A DNA stretch of 64,000 nt from Burkholderiales bacterium (GTDB lineage: Bacteria > Pseudomonadota > Gammaproteobacteria > Burkholderiales > Eutrophovitaceae): positions 1,009 through 65,008 of the forward strand of contig DASRFY010000063.1 of assembly GCA_035651315.1 (NCBI GenBank), in the 5' to 3' direction. The notes below the pieces were generated by a model. The model ran no database searches and was not told the origin of the DNA. It was given only the letters and a program-made list of their open reading frames with translations. The position numbers were made by a program, and so were the translations under genes. This document shows, in pieces, positions 19,639-29,467 of this stretch. Every line of letters begins with the position of its first letter. Position 1 is the first letter of the stretch.

Positions 19639-20544
19639 TCAGAACGTCACGCGCGCGGTGCCGAGCCAGGCCCGGTCATAGGTCGTGAACGCGGTTGCCT
19701 GGCTGGTCTGATAGCCCAGGCCGAGGATGAGCTTGGAGCGGCCGCCGAGGGGAATGCGGCCGTAGACCAGCCCGTAGGTCACGATCAACTGGTTCTTGCC
19801 GTCGTTCGGCCCGTCTTTCCAGTGCGTGTAGCTGAATTCGATTTCGGGCCAGAAGCGCTGGAAGATGTGCGCCTGCAACGTGGTGTTCCAGACGGTCGGC
19901 ACGCCGACCTTTCCCTGGTCGCCGTCCGGAAAGCTGATGCCGAGCGTGCTCTGGATGTCGAAACCTTCGTCGCGCGAGCCCCAGCCTTTGCCGGCGGCGA
20001 GCGTGGGCGTGACGATGGTGTGGTGGGTGGTGAAGGCTTCGTCTCCGGTCGGCACGCTCAGTCCGAGAAATCCGGTGACGATGTAGTTTCCGTTCTCCTC
20101 GTTCGCCGACAGCATCCGGTACTTGAGCAGCAGCGATTCGTCCGCCCAGCCCCGTTCGGCCGGCTTGTCCGGCCGGTCGAGCGTCTGGTACGCGGGCACG
20201 TTGATGATCAGCTCGGTGCGCTCGGTCGGGATCAGCTCCAGCCCCTTGCCGCCGCCGTAGCTCGTGAAGTTCGCGCCCTTCGGCCGGTCCTGGTAGATCT
20301 GGTCGTAGCGGAATTCCTGCTCCAGCCTCGGCGTGACGGTGGCGAGCGGCGTGATCCAGTGCGGCTGCGATTCCTGCGCCCGATCGACCCGCTCGAACCA
20401 GTTCGCGAAATACCCGTCGTCTGCCGCAGGGGCGCTTTCCGGCGAATCGGCCGCCGCATGGGCCGGGCCGTGGACGAGGGATGCGGCGAACAGCGGCGCC
20501 GAGAGGAAGGCGCGAACGACGCGATGCAGTTCATGCTGCTTCAA
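19639..20544 (-). CDS. outer membrane beta-barrel protein (MetA-pathway/phenol-degradation-like transporter family)
   Basis: TTG start after AGGGAGA, signal peptide '...LVHGPAHA', alternating beta-strand pattern and a C-terminal Phe. Confidence 0.7.
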   Translation of the reverse strand: MKQHELHRVVRAFLSAPLFAASLVHGPAHAAADSPESAPAADDGYFANWFERVDRAQESQPHWITPLATVTPRLEQEFRYDQIYQDRPKGANFTSYGGGKGLELIPTERTELIINVPAYQTLDRPDKPAERGWADESLLLKYRMLSANEENGNYIVTGFLGLSVPTGDEAFTTHHTIVTPTLAAGKGWGSRDEGFDIQSTLGISFPDGDQGKVGVPTVWNTTLQAHIFQRFWPEIEFSYTHWKDGPNDGKNQLIVTYGLVYGRIPLGGRSKLILGLGYQTSQATAFTTYDRAWLGTARVTF

Positions 20545-20755
20545 TTTTTGTAATCTCCCTGTGGCGATTGGTAAAGCCCGGCGCCTGCTTGCCGGGATGG
20601 CGCGCCGTCGCGGCCGTTCGTTATGTTCAACAAGATACATCGCGATCGTTATATTTGTAAAGATATAGCCACAGGTTTTTACAGAGCGGCGATGTCGCCG
20701 GCGCCGCAAGGATCGGGGTTTCGATGCGCGGCTCGCCCGCGCAGGAGGGCCGGCT

Positions 20756-21172
20756 CTAGCCGGCGAGATATGCTTCGATGCGCGGCCGCAGATCGGCGGG
20801 AACCGGGATCGCCGCTCCGGTTTCGAGCGACATGAAGGCGATGGTCTGCGAGATCCTGAAGTGCTCCGCGGCGTCCTTCCTGCCGCTGTAGACGAGCCGG
20901 ACGGAGGCGTTGCCGAGCTTCGCCACGCGCAGCTCGAACCGGAGCCAGTCGCCCATCCTGAGCGGCTTCAGGAATTCGCCCTGGATGGTCACCGTGGGCG
21001 TGCCGATGCGGCGCTCGCGAATGAGGCTCGCGAGCGGTCGCTCGAGGCCGCGCAGGAACCATTCCTCCATGGCGGCGTGCGCCATGTCGAACAGGCGCGG
21101 GAAATAGACGATCGCCGCCGGATCGCAGTGCGAGAAGCGCACCAGTTGCTCGTGGACGAAGACCTGGTTCAC
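20756..21172 (-). CDS. acyl-CoA thioesterase (4HBT/YbgC-like hotdog fold)
   Basis: 'VRFSHCDPAAIVYFPRLFD' hotdog signature. GTG at 21172 lies just downstream of the aldolase stop. Confidence 0.75.
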   Translation of the reverse strand: MNQVFVHEQLVRFSHCDPAAIVYFPRLFDMAHAAMEEWFLRGLERPLASLIRERRIGTPTVTIQGEFLKPLRMGDWLRFELRVAKLGNASVRLVYSGRKDAAEHFRISQTIAFMSLETGAAIPVPADLRPRIEAYLAG

Positions 21173-21186
21173 CGGCCGCTTCGCGC

Positions 21187-21969
21187 TCAGGCGCAGCCGC
21201 GCACGAACTTCGCCTGCTCGGTGGCCGCACCCACCAGCAGGCTCAGGTCGTTGCCGGCCAGGACCATGCGTATGCCGCGCGCGAGGTACTGCTTGAGCAG
21301 GTCCCGCGTGTAGACGCCGCCGAGCGCCGGCCATTTGCCGTGCTTCCGGCACGCGCCGATGACCGTGTCGATCGCGGCCGCCACCCTGGGATGATCGAGC
21401 TGGCCCGGGATGCCCATCTCGAGGCACAAGTCGTTGGTGCCCATCAGCAGCGCGTCGATGCCGGGCACGGCGGCGATCCTCTCCGCGTTCTCCACCGCGC
21501 GCGGCGTTTCCACCATCGCCACCACGACGCTCGCGTCGTTGAGCGCCGCGACCGCCTCTTTCGCCGGCACCGCGGCGAAGCCGAATTGGGGATAGCCGCC
21601 GCCGATCGAGCGATGTCCCTGCGGCGCGAAGCGGAATGCGTCCGTGATCGCGCGCGCCTCTTCCGGCGTGTCGACGTGCGGGACGACGATGCCGAGCGCG
21701 CCGGCGTCCAGGCAGCGCGTGCCGAGCTTGAGCTCCATGTGCGGCACGCGCACGAAGGGCGCGATGCCGGCGTCGAGCGCGGCCACCGAGATCGAGTAGG
21801 CGGTCTCCACCGAGGTCGCGCCGTGCTCGAGGTCGATGAACAGGAAATCGAAGCCCGCGGTCTTCATCGCGCGGGCAATCTCGACCCCGCGCACGCCGCG
21901 CACGCCGATCCCGATCGCGATCCCGCCCTTGGCGATGATTTCCTTTACCGGGTTGATCAGTGCTTGCAT
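21187..21969 (-). CDS. HpcH/HpaI family aldolase
   Basis: 'GFDFLFIDLEHG', 'MVETP.AVEN...I..V.GID'. ATG 21969 follows GGAGAGGGC. Confidence 0.85.
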   Translation of the reverse strand: MQALINPVKEIIAKGGIAIGIGVRGVRGVEIARAMKTAGFDFLFIDLEHGATSVETAYSISVAALDAGIAPFVRVPHMELKLGTRCLDAGALGIVVPHVDTPEEARAITDAFRFAPQGHRSIGGGYPQFGFAAVPAKEAVAALNDASVVVAMVETPRAVENAERIAAVPGIDALLMGTNDLCLEMGIPGQLDHPRVAAAIDTVIGACRKHGKWPALGGVYTRDLLKQYLARGIRMVLAGNDLSLLVGAATEQAKFVRGCA

Positions 21970-22049
21970 GAGCCCTCTCCCCTCTCTCGCCGCGCGGTCT
22001 TTCGGTCCGGACGCGCCGCGTTTTCCCGCCACTCGCGCCCGTTCGCCCG

Positions 22050-23048
22050 TTACACCTGCTCCCATCTGCCGCTGCCTTCGGAGCGGAACAGCGCATCGAT
22101 GATGCGCATGCCGAGCACCGCGTTGTCCACGCCGTAGGGCAGCTCGATCTCGCCGCGGATCGCGCGCGAGAACGCCTCGCCCTGCAACTGGTACTGGTCG
22201 CTCTCGGCGATCGTCTCGGTGCGGATGCCGGCGCCTTCCAGGGACGAGCCGTCGTCGACGAAGAGCCTGGTCTTCGCGCCTTGCGCCGGGTTGACCGGAA
22301 CGTGGATCTCGATCCGCCCCTTCGATCCGCACAACTGGATCCGCTGGTAGGGCGCGCACTGGGTCGAGACGGTGAAGTCCAGGTGGCGTCCGCCGCCGAA
22401 ATCCACCAGCGCGCTCGTCAGCCGGTCGGTGCGGAACGCGGGGTCGCGGTCGACGAGCGCGATTCCTCGCCGGGGCTCGGCCTCGAAGAAGAATCGCCCG
22501 GCGGTGATCGGATAGCAGCCGATGTCGTAGAGCGCGCCGCCGCCGATGTCGGGCCTGTTGCGAATGTTGTCCGGATCGGTGTTGTGATAGGAAAAGAACA
22601 TCTGCACCGCGCGCAGCGCGCCGATCGCGCCTTCCCGGACCAGCTCGCGCGCGCGCAGCCACTGCGGATGGAAGCGCACCATGAAGGCTTCCATGATGAG
22701 CGCCTTGCCCGCCGCGGCGCGAAGCCGCTCGGCCTCCGCGGCGTTGAGCGCGATCGGTTTTTCGCACAGCACGTGCTTGCCCGCGCGCGCCGCCTCGAGC
22801 GTCAGCGGCACGTGCAGGTGATTGGGCAGCGGGTTGTAGATCGCCTCGATCTCGGGATCGGCGAGCAGCGCCTCGTACGACCCGTACGCCTTCGGAATGC
22901 CGAGGTCGTGCGCCGCCTTGCGCGCCGCGTCCGCCGAGCGCGACGCGATGGCGCGCAGTTCGATGAGCGGGCTCTTGCGCATTCCCGGCAGCACCCGCTG
23001 CAAGCCGATCCTGGCGGTGCCGAGAACACCCCAGACGACTTTCTTCAT
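22050..23048 (-). CDS. Gfo/Idh/MocA family oxidoreductase
   Basis: 'KVVWGVLGTARIG' and 'EKP' motifs. ATG 23048 follows GGAGGAGAAG. Confidence 0.85.
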   Translation of the reverse strand: MKKVVWGVLGTARIGLQRVLPGMRKSPLIELRAIASRSADAARKAAHDLGIPKAYGSYEALLADPEIEAIYNPLPNHLHVPLTLEAARAGKHVLCEKPIALNAAEAERLRAAAGKALIMEAFMVRFHPQWLRARELVREGAIGALRAVQMFFSYHNTDPDNIRNRPDIGGGALYDIGCYPITAGRFFFEAEPRRGIALVDRDPAFRTDRLTSALVDFGGGRHLDFTVSTQCAPYQRIQLCGSKGRIEIHVPVNPAQGAKTRLFVDDGSSLEGAGIRTETIAESDQYQLQGEAFSRAIRGEIELPYGVDNAVLGMRIIDALFRSEGSGRWEQV

Positions 23049-23265
23049 TTTTCTTCTCCTCCGAACGTGCTGGCCCGGAGTGTACCTCAGGGGCCGCCGG
23101 GGGATGCGGCGCGCGTCGCCTCGCGACGACCGGATCCCGGCTCGCCGAAGGAAACTTTGCCGCCCGTGCCGCGGTCCTTTCTTTATTCGCGAGTCGCTCG
23201 TGCGCGGACCGCGGTGCGGTCCGGGACGGAGCGCAATCTCGGCAAGGCAGACGAAGGAGGACAGG

Positions 23266-23538
23266 ATGTCGGCGACACGAAATGCGGCGGCAGCATTGGG
23301 TGCCGTTGCAGCGATGCTCTGCGCCGCAGCGGCGGGCGCAGCGGACGATCCTGCGGACGGTGCGGCAACCATGCCGATCCAGAACGCCCAGGACCGGGTC
23401 CAGAGCCTGCAGGACGTTCAGCAGATGACGGAGAAGAAGGATCAGGCGGGCCGGGAGCATGCCGAGGAGAGTCTGAAGCGGAACGCGCAGCAGCACGGGC
23501 AGAAGCGGCCGAGCCGGCCGGGTTATCCGGAAAGATAG
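23266..23538 (+). CDS. small secreted hypothetical protein (90 aa)
   Basis: GAAGGAGGA RBS 5 nt upstream of the ATG. Signal peptide 'LGAVAAMLCAAAAGA'. Low-complexity charged tail. Confidence 0.45.
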   Translation: MSATRNAAAALGAVAAMLCAAAAGAADDPADGAATMPIQNAQDRVQSLQDVQQMTEKKDQAGREHAEESLKRNAQQHGQKRPSRPGYPER

Positions 23539-23584
23539 CGCGCCGTAGCGCGCACCCGCAGTCGCCGCCTGCGCGACACCCGCG

Positions 23585-24854
23585 TCAATCCGGCTCGGGC
23601 AGTGGGCGTTCCGGATGCATGTGGAAGGCGAGCGCCACGCCGAGCAGCATCAGGATCGTCGAGCCCACGAACGGCAGGCTCCAGTCCCCGGTGCGGTCGA
23701 TCACCCAGCCTGCGGCGACCGGTGACACGATCGCCGCCAGCGCCGAGCCCACGTTCATCAGCCCGCTTGCCGTCCCCGAGTAGCGCGGCGCGACGTCCAT
23801 CGGGATCGCCCACATCGGACCGATGGTGAGTTCGGCGAAGAAAAATCCCAGGCTCAGGCAGAAGGCGGCGGCGGCGAAGTCCTGCACGAACGGCACCGGC
23901 AGCAATGCGAGCACGGCGCCCGACATGCCGATCACCACCAGGTTGCGGCGCGCGACCTCGCGGCGGCCGGTCCTGCGCAGCCACCGGTCGCTCAGGATGC
24001 CTCCCAGCGTATCGCCGACGACGCCGGCGAAGAACACACCGGGCGAACAGCGCCGAATGCTTCAGGTCCATGCCGTGGCGATGCAGGAAGTACATCGGGA
24101 TCCAGCTCAGGAACAGCCATAGCGTCCAGCCGTAGCAGAAGTACACCGCGATGATCGGGGCCATGCGCAACGCGAGCCTGCGCCACGGCAGCGGCGGCTG
24201 CGCGCGGCCATGGGAGTAGGCCGGCAGGCCGGCCTGCTCCTCCTTCGTGACGGCGGGGTGCTGCCCGGGATCGTCGCGAAAGTAGAGCGCCCAGGCCAGC
24301 GCCCAGGCGAGACTCGCGACGCCGAGAACCACGAACGAACCGCGCCAGGTGAGCGCCAGCATCAGCGAGGCCACGAGCGGCGGCGTGACCGCATTGCCGA
24401 TGCGCGCGAAAGCGTGCGTGAGGCCTTGCGCGACGCCGCGCTGCGAAGCGGGCGTCCAGTGGGACATGGCGCGGGTGGCGGCCGGGAACGTGGCGCCTTC
24501 TCCCAGACCGAGCAGCACCCGCGCCGCGAGCATCGACGCGAGTCCGCCGGCGAGGCCGGTCAGGATCGTCGCGCCGGACCACACCAGCGCGCAGAGCAGC
24601 AGGGTGCGGCGCGCGCCGAAGCGGTCGCCGAGCCAGCCGCCGATGATCTGGAACACGAGATAGGGATAGGCGAAGGCGGAAAACACCAGGCCCACCTGGG
24701 TGTTGCTGAGCGCGAGTTCGCGCTGGAACGCGGCGGCCGCCGTGCCGACGTTGACGCGGTCCACGTAGGTGATGAAGTACATCAGGCACAGCAGCGCGAG
24801 CACTTTCCAGCTCGCCCTGATTCGCGAGTGCATTGGAGTCCGGGAAGAAGACAC
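23585..24854 (-). pseudogene. MFS transporter (ACS/anion-cation symporter type) interrupted by a 1-nt frameshift
   Basis: The N-terminal ~270 aa lie in the frame of ORF 23523-24854. The C-terminal 150 aa ('FFAGVVGDTLGGILSDRW...') lie in the frame of ORF 23585-24037. The junction is near 24038-24046. Confidence 0.75.
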
Positions 24855-24960
24855 GAGACCAGATCAGCCGATGCCGCGGAACCGGCGGCGCGGTCGCGGC
24901 GCCTGGAACCGATTGCAGCGGTTCACGGTGCAGAGCCCCCGGGGCTGTGCCGGGGCATCC

Positions 24961-25650
24961 TTACTTGACGCGGTCCGACGCCGCGAACGCCTCGCGCAGC
25001 CTGGTCATGTCGAATCCCGGCTGCTTGGCCGCGTCGAGGATCACCTTCTCCCGCCGCGCCATGAGATCGATCGCCGCGGGAAGCTTCTCGAGCAGATCGG
25101 CGGGGATTGCGATCGCCCCGTGCCGGTCCGCATGCACGATATCGCCGTCGGATACGGCCAGCCCGAGCACATCCACCGGCTTGCCGAAATCCGCCACCTG
25201 CACCCAGGCGTGGCTGGGCGAGAGCGCGGCCGCCAGGCACTGGAACTGCGGGTGCATCGCGTCCAGGTCGCGCATCGATCCGTCGGTGACCGCGCCGACG
25301 CAGCCCAGCCCCCAGTGCACGTGGGTGTTGACCTCGCCCCAGAACGCGCCCAGGCCGCGCCGGCTGTCGACGTCCTGCACCACGGCCACCGTCGGCCCGT
25401 TCGCCTGCGCGAGGTATTCGTAGTAGGCGAGCTGCTTCTGCCTGCGCAGCGCCGGGTCGAACGGCGTGGAGCAGCGGATGGTCGCCGTTTTTGCGAACCC
25501 GACCACGGGCGGCAGCTTCGGATGGGACGCGATGAAGGTCCGGCGCGTGAAGCCGTGCGCGGAGCGCGCGCCGCGCGCGATTTCCAGCGCGTTGGCGATC
25601 GTCGGGGTGTCGAACTGTCGCAGTTGCTCGAACAGCGGGCGGATATTCAT
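24961..25650 (-). CDS. RraA family protein (HMG/CHA aldolase-oxaloacetate decarboxylase-like)
   Basis: 229 aa with 'FDTPTIANAL' and 'GAVTDGSMRD' motifs. RBS GGAGGAG. Confidence 0.85.
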   Translation of the reverse strand: MNIRPLFEQLRQFDTPTIANALEIARGARSAHGFTRRTFIASHPKLPPVVGFAKTATIRCSTPFDPALRRQKQLAYYEYLAQANGPTVAVVQDVDSRRGLGAFWGEVNTHVHWGLGCVGAVTDGSMRDLDAMHPQFQCLAAALSPSHAWVQVADFGKPVDVLGLAVSDGDIVHADRHGAIAIPADLLEKLPAAIDLMARREKVILDAAKQPGFDMTRLREAFAASDRVK

Positions 25651-25784
25651 TCGTTATCTCCTCCGGTTCCCAATGTCGCGGGTTTTTCCTGTAGCCTAGT
25701 GTCGATATGCAATGCGGATTGTCTGGGCGCCGGCCGGGAAAGTCCACCCGGCCGGCGCGTTCGTGGGATCGGTGGGAGGGACGG

Positions 25785-26414
25785 ATGACGCTCGTCAACA
25801 GCTATGTCGTCGATCAGTTGCTGATTCCCTTTGTGGCTCTTGCCTTTTTCGTGCTTGCGATCGGCGCCCTTGCGGCGGGCCTGGGGCTGATCGTCGACGC
25901 CCGCCGAACCTTTCGTGTCTTCGGCGTGCTGAATCGCTGGGTGTCGACGCGTCGAAGCCTGGAGCCGCTCGAGAGGCCGCACGACATCGAACGCACCGTG
26001 CAGCATCATCGGCGATGGTTCGGCGCCGCCTTCGTCGCCGGCGGCGCGTTCTCGATCTACGGCCTGGTCGCGAGGCTGCGCGAAGCCGCCGTGGTTTCGC
26101 TGCTCGACGGCCGCCTGCCGCATCCGTTCGTCGCCTGGATGGTCGGCAGCGCGCGATGGTTTCTCGTCGCCGGGGCCGCCGCTGCGGTGGTCATCGGCGT
26201 CCTGCTCATCGCGGCGCCGCGGGCGCTGAGCGCGGCGGAGTCGCGCCTTGACCATTGGTACTCGTCGCGCCGCTTTGCGGAAGGCGCCGATGCGGTCCAT
26301 CTGCCGCTCGATCGATGGGTGGAGAAGCATCCGCGCGTGACGGGCTGGACGGTCCTGCTGGGCGCGCTCGCGGTGGTGGCCGGCACCTGGGTGCTGCTGT
26401 TCGCGCGGCACTGA
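25785..26414 (+). CDS. hypothetical membrane protein (about 4 TM)
   Basis: ATG 25785 follows GGGAGGGA. Four hydrophobic helices. No family recognised. Confidence 0.6.
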   Translation: MTLVNSYVVDQLLIPFVALAFFVLAIGALAAGLGLIVDARRTFRVFGVLNRWVSTRRSLEPLERPHDIERTVQHHRRWFGAAFVAGGAFSIYGLVARLREAAVVSLLDGRLPHPFVAWMVGSARWFLVAGAAAAVVIGVLLIAAPRALSAAESRLDHWYSSRRFAEGADAVHLPLDRWVEKHPRVTGWTVLLGALAVVAGTWVLLFARH

Positions 26415-26491
26415 GCGCGGCGATGGATCGCGTGCGCACGCCTGCGGCGTCGATCTTTTTCCTGCAGGTTTGCGGCGCCGGGCGCTGAGCC

Positions 26492-26734
26492 GTGGCACGC
26501 CGGAAGAAACCCAAGCCGCTCGGCGTGTGCAACGTGTGCGGCGCGTTTACCGACCAGATCGAGCAGGTCAACCAGCGCTGCACGGCGGTGGTCTACGGCC
26601 GCCGCTGCGCCGGCCAGTTCAGGAGCGAGCTGTCGCACGTCTGGGCGGAATGCGAGGTGTGCGGCGCGACCGGCGTTGTCGGCACGCAGAGGTGCGACAA
26701 TTGCGCCGGCTTCGGCTGGCGGCTGATCGCATGA
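26492..26734 (+). CDS. small Cys-rich zinc-ribbon protein (DnaJ-type CxxCxGxG-like knuckles)
   Basis: 80 aa with 8 Cys, including CNVC, CEVCGATG and CDNCAGFG. GTG start. Confidence 0.5.
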   Translation: MARRKKPKPLGVCNVCGAFTDQIEQVNQRCTAVVYGRRCAGQFRSELSHVWAECEVCGATGVVGTQRCDNCAGFGWRLIA

Positions 26735-26795
26735 GCGGCGCGAAAAGCTCCGCGCTGCACGATTCGGCTCTCGCGATCCTTTCGCCGATCGCCGT

Positions 26796-28046
26796 TCACG
26801 GCCTCTCCGGCCGCTCCATCGTGCACTTGACGGGCGGAATGTTGTCTTTCGCCTCGACCAGCACTTCGGTTTTCCAGCCGTAGCCGGTGCCTTCCACGTC
26901 GTGCGGCGCGCCGGGCTGCCCCGCTTTGACGAGACTCAGCACGTAGAGCGGGTCGATGAGCTGGTGGTCCTCCGCGCGCATCCACGATTCGCCGCTCGGC
27001 CCGGTATGCCTCATGCCTTCCAGCGCGAACGCCACTTTCAGCGGATCGGCGGAGCCGGCCTTGTCGACCGCGGCGGCGAACATCTCGACCACGCGGTAAG
27101 GCGGCATGTAGTCCAGGTTCGACACCGCCTTGAGCCTGGTCCGGTATTCGAGCAATCGCGCCTCCCACTCCTGGTCGGCGGCATTGATGTGCCAGGTATC
27201 CACCGTCCGCACGCGATAGGTGCCGGAGGCGGGCACCGCCGCCCAGGTCCCCGGCAGCCCGCCGAGGATGGCGTAGTAGGTTGCCGTAAGTCCCGCCTCG
27301 CTGCTTGCCTTGACGAGCAGCGACAGATCGTTGCCGGAGTTGCTGGTGACGATGCCGTCGGCGCCGGTGGCGCGGATCTTCGCCACGTAGGGCGAGAAGT
27401 CCTTCACTTTCCCGAGCGGCACCAGATCGTCGCCCACGATGCGGATATCCGGTCGCTTCGCGCTCAGCATCTCCCGGGCGGCGCGGCGCACCGCGTGGCC
27501 GAACGCGTAGTCCTGGTTGAGCAGATACACCTTGCGTATCGAGGGCAGCTTCGCCATGTAGTCGGTCAGCACGTTCACCTGCATGTCGGCGTGGGACTGG
27601 AAGCGGAAGTGCCAGAAGTTGCACTTGGATTCGGTCAGCGCGGGGTCGAGCGCGCCGTAGTCGAGAAACAGAACCAGCCGGTCCGGATTGCGCGCGTTGT
27701 GCTTGACGACCGCGTCGCTGATGGCGTGCGCGGTGCTCGACAGGGTGGAGGTGACGTAATGGAAATCCTGGTCGATCGCCCGCCGCAGCACGATCAGCGT
27801 CTCGCGCGGGTCGAGCTTGTTGTCGAAGGCGGCCATCTCGATTTTCCTGCCGCCGAGTACGCCGCCGCGGGAATTGACGATGTCGGCGGCGGCGAGGAAG
27901 GTCTTGAAGCGCTCCTGGTTCTGCAGCGCATAGGGGCCGCTCATATCGCCGATGAAGGCGATCTTCACGGTGTCGGCCGCGCCCGCGCCTGCGATGCAGA
28001 GCCAGGCCGCGGCCCACAACGATGCGCGCGACAGGCAAGACATCAT
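26796..28046 (-). CDS. ABC transporter substrate-binding protein (LivJ/branched-chain amino acid type)
   Basis: Signal peptide, 'VKIAFIGDMSGPYA' and the Peripla_BP_6 pattern. Confidence 0.9.
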   Translation of the reverse strand: MMSCLSRASLWAAAWLCIAGAGAADTVKIAFIGDMSGPYALQNQERFKTFLAAADIVNSRGGVLGGRKIEMAAFDNKLDPRETLIVLRRAIDQDFHYVTSTLSSTAHAISDAVVKHNARNPDRLVLFLDYGALDPALTESKCNFWHFRFQSHADMQVNVLTDYMAKLPSIRKVYLLNQDYAFGHAVRRAAREMLSAKRPDIRIVGDDLVPLGKVKDFSPYVAKIRATGADGIVTSNSGNDLSLLVKASSEAGLTATYYAILGGLPGTWAAVPASGTYRVRTVDTWHINAADQEWEARLLEYRTRLKAVSNLDYMPPYRVVEMFAAAVDKAGSADPLKVAFALEGMRHTGPSGESWMRAEDHQLIDPLYVLSLVKAGQPGAPHDVEGTGYGWKTEVLVEAKDNIPPVKCTMERPERP

Positions 28047-28270
28047 TTCCGGCTCCTCGGGCTCGCGCGAAACGGCGGCAAGCCGCTGTGCGTGGAAGGG
28101 GCGCGGCGTCGGCGGCGTTGCCCGCTCGGGAGCAGTCTGCGACGGCGCCGCGGTTCCCCTGCCTTATAGGCGGCGGCCCGTGCTTTGGCAAGCGGGCAGT
28201 CGGGACACGATCACAGCGCCGGAATCGCGGCGCAGGATCCGTGTGTTCTTGCGCGCCGTGAAGGCGGCGC

Positions 28271-29458
28271 TCAGCGCGCCTGCGTGCCGCGCGGAATCAC
28301 CCTGGTGCCGGGCCGCAGCTCGTCGGTTCCGCGCAACGCCACCTGATCGCCCGCGTGCAGATCGCCGAACACCTCTACCTTGCCGGGCAGCGCCAGGCCG
28401 CGGGTCACCTCCACCCATTCGGCGATGCCGTTGCGGATGCGCACCACGAAGGTCTTTTCGGTCGTCGTCGCCACTGCCGAGGGCGGCACCATGAGCGAGG
28501 GCTCGGCGCGGCTCACCGGCCATTCCACCTCGGCGTACATCCCCGGCGCCAGCGCGCCGTTCGCGTTGCGCACGTCCAGCTCCACCGGCATCGTTCGCGT
28601 GCGGGTGTCCAGCGCGTGCGCGATCCTGCGCAACTCGCCGTCGAAGGTCCTGCCGGGAAACGCCGCCACCTTGAAGCGAATTCGAGCGCCCGGCTTCATC
28701 GCGCCGACGTCCTGTTCCGGCACCGGAATGACCAGGCGCAGCGGGTCGATCTGATGCAGGCGCAGCATCGGCGGGTTCAACGGGCCAGGCGTCGGGCCGG
28801 CGAGCGTGCCGCGGTGCGCGTTGCGCTCGATGATCACGCCGCGAAACGGCGAAGTCACGTACAAGTAGCCTTCGATCGCGCGCAGCGAACGCGCGAAATC
28901 CTGCGCCGCCCGCTCGCTGTCCGCGAGCGCCTTGACCCTTGCCTTGTCCGCCTCGACCGATTTTTCGGCGAGGTCCAGGTCGTTTTCCACCACCGCGCCG
29001 GGATATTGTTCGTAGGTGGTGCGCAGGCGGCGGTACGTCACGCCGTCCGCGTCGAGCTTGGATTGCGCCTCCAGCATTTGCGCATGGGCCTGTTGCGCGG
29101 CGGCCTCGGCCTGGCGTTGCTGGGACACGATCTCGGGCGCGACCAGGCGCACGAGCAATTGTCCCGGGCGCACGAAGGAGCCGCGATCGACTGGAATCTC
29201 CTCGACGAAACCCTGCACCTTGGGATAGACGGCAACTTCCTGGTAGGCACGCAACTCGCCCGGCAGCGCGATGTTCCTCTGTACGCGCTCGGACTCGACC
29301 GTCACCACCGTCACCGGCTGCGGCGCGGCATCCGCCGGCGCATTCTGCACCGGGCCGGCCGCGAGCGCGGATGCCGCGAACGACAGCGCTGCCGATGCCA
29401 GACCGATGCCGGCGCGCAGCCGTTGCCTTCGGTGCCGATTCACGCCGCTGTCTCTCAT
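28271..29458 (-). CDS. RND efflux periplasmic adaptor (membrane fusion protein)
   Basis: Signal/anchor, lipoyl, coiled-coil and beta-barrel pattern. Starts 10 nt after the RND stop. Confidence 0.85.
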   Translation of the reverse strand: MRDSGVNRHRRQRLRAGIGLASAALSFAASALAAGPVQNAPADAAPQPVTVVTVESERVQRNIALPGELRAYQEVAVYPKVQGFVEEIPVDRGSFVRPGQLLVRLVAPEIVSQQRQAEAAAQQAHAQMLEAQSKLDADGVTYRRLRTTYEQYPGAVVENDLDLAEKSVEADKARVKALADSERAAQDFARSLRAIEGYLYVTSPFRGVIIERNAHRGTLAGPTPGPLNPPMLRLHQIDPLRLVIPVPEQDVGAMKPGARIRFKVAAFPGRTFDGELRRIAHALDTRTRTMPVELDVRNANGALAPGMYAEVEWPVSRAEPSLMVPPSAVATTTEKTFVVRIRNGIAEWVEVTRGLALPGKVEVFGDLHAGDQVALRGTDELRPGTRVIPRGTQAR

Positions 29459-29467
29459 CGTCCGCGC

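Noticed and set aside
18076-20553. An 825-aa plus-strand ORF across the Gfo/Idh/MocA and outer-membrane-protein genes.
   Set aside because: It is antisense to two genes with good signatures. The translation is Arg/Gly-rich and motif-free.
20560-20755. The AT-rich stretch upstream of the outer-membrane-protein gene, containing the ATAT-N8-ATAT imperfect palindrome. Considered as a mobile-element edge or regulator site.
   Set aside because: The symmetry is weak. An AT-rich promoter region of this size upstream of a TTG-initiated gene is unremarkable, and I cannot support a specific site.
24026-24050. Programmed ribosomal frameshifting as an explanation for the split MFS transporter.
   Set aside because: There is no slippery heptamer or downstream structure at the junction, and transporters are not known to use recoding. 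A simple 1-nt indel in a C/G run is the parsimonious reading.
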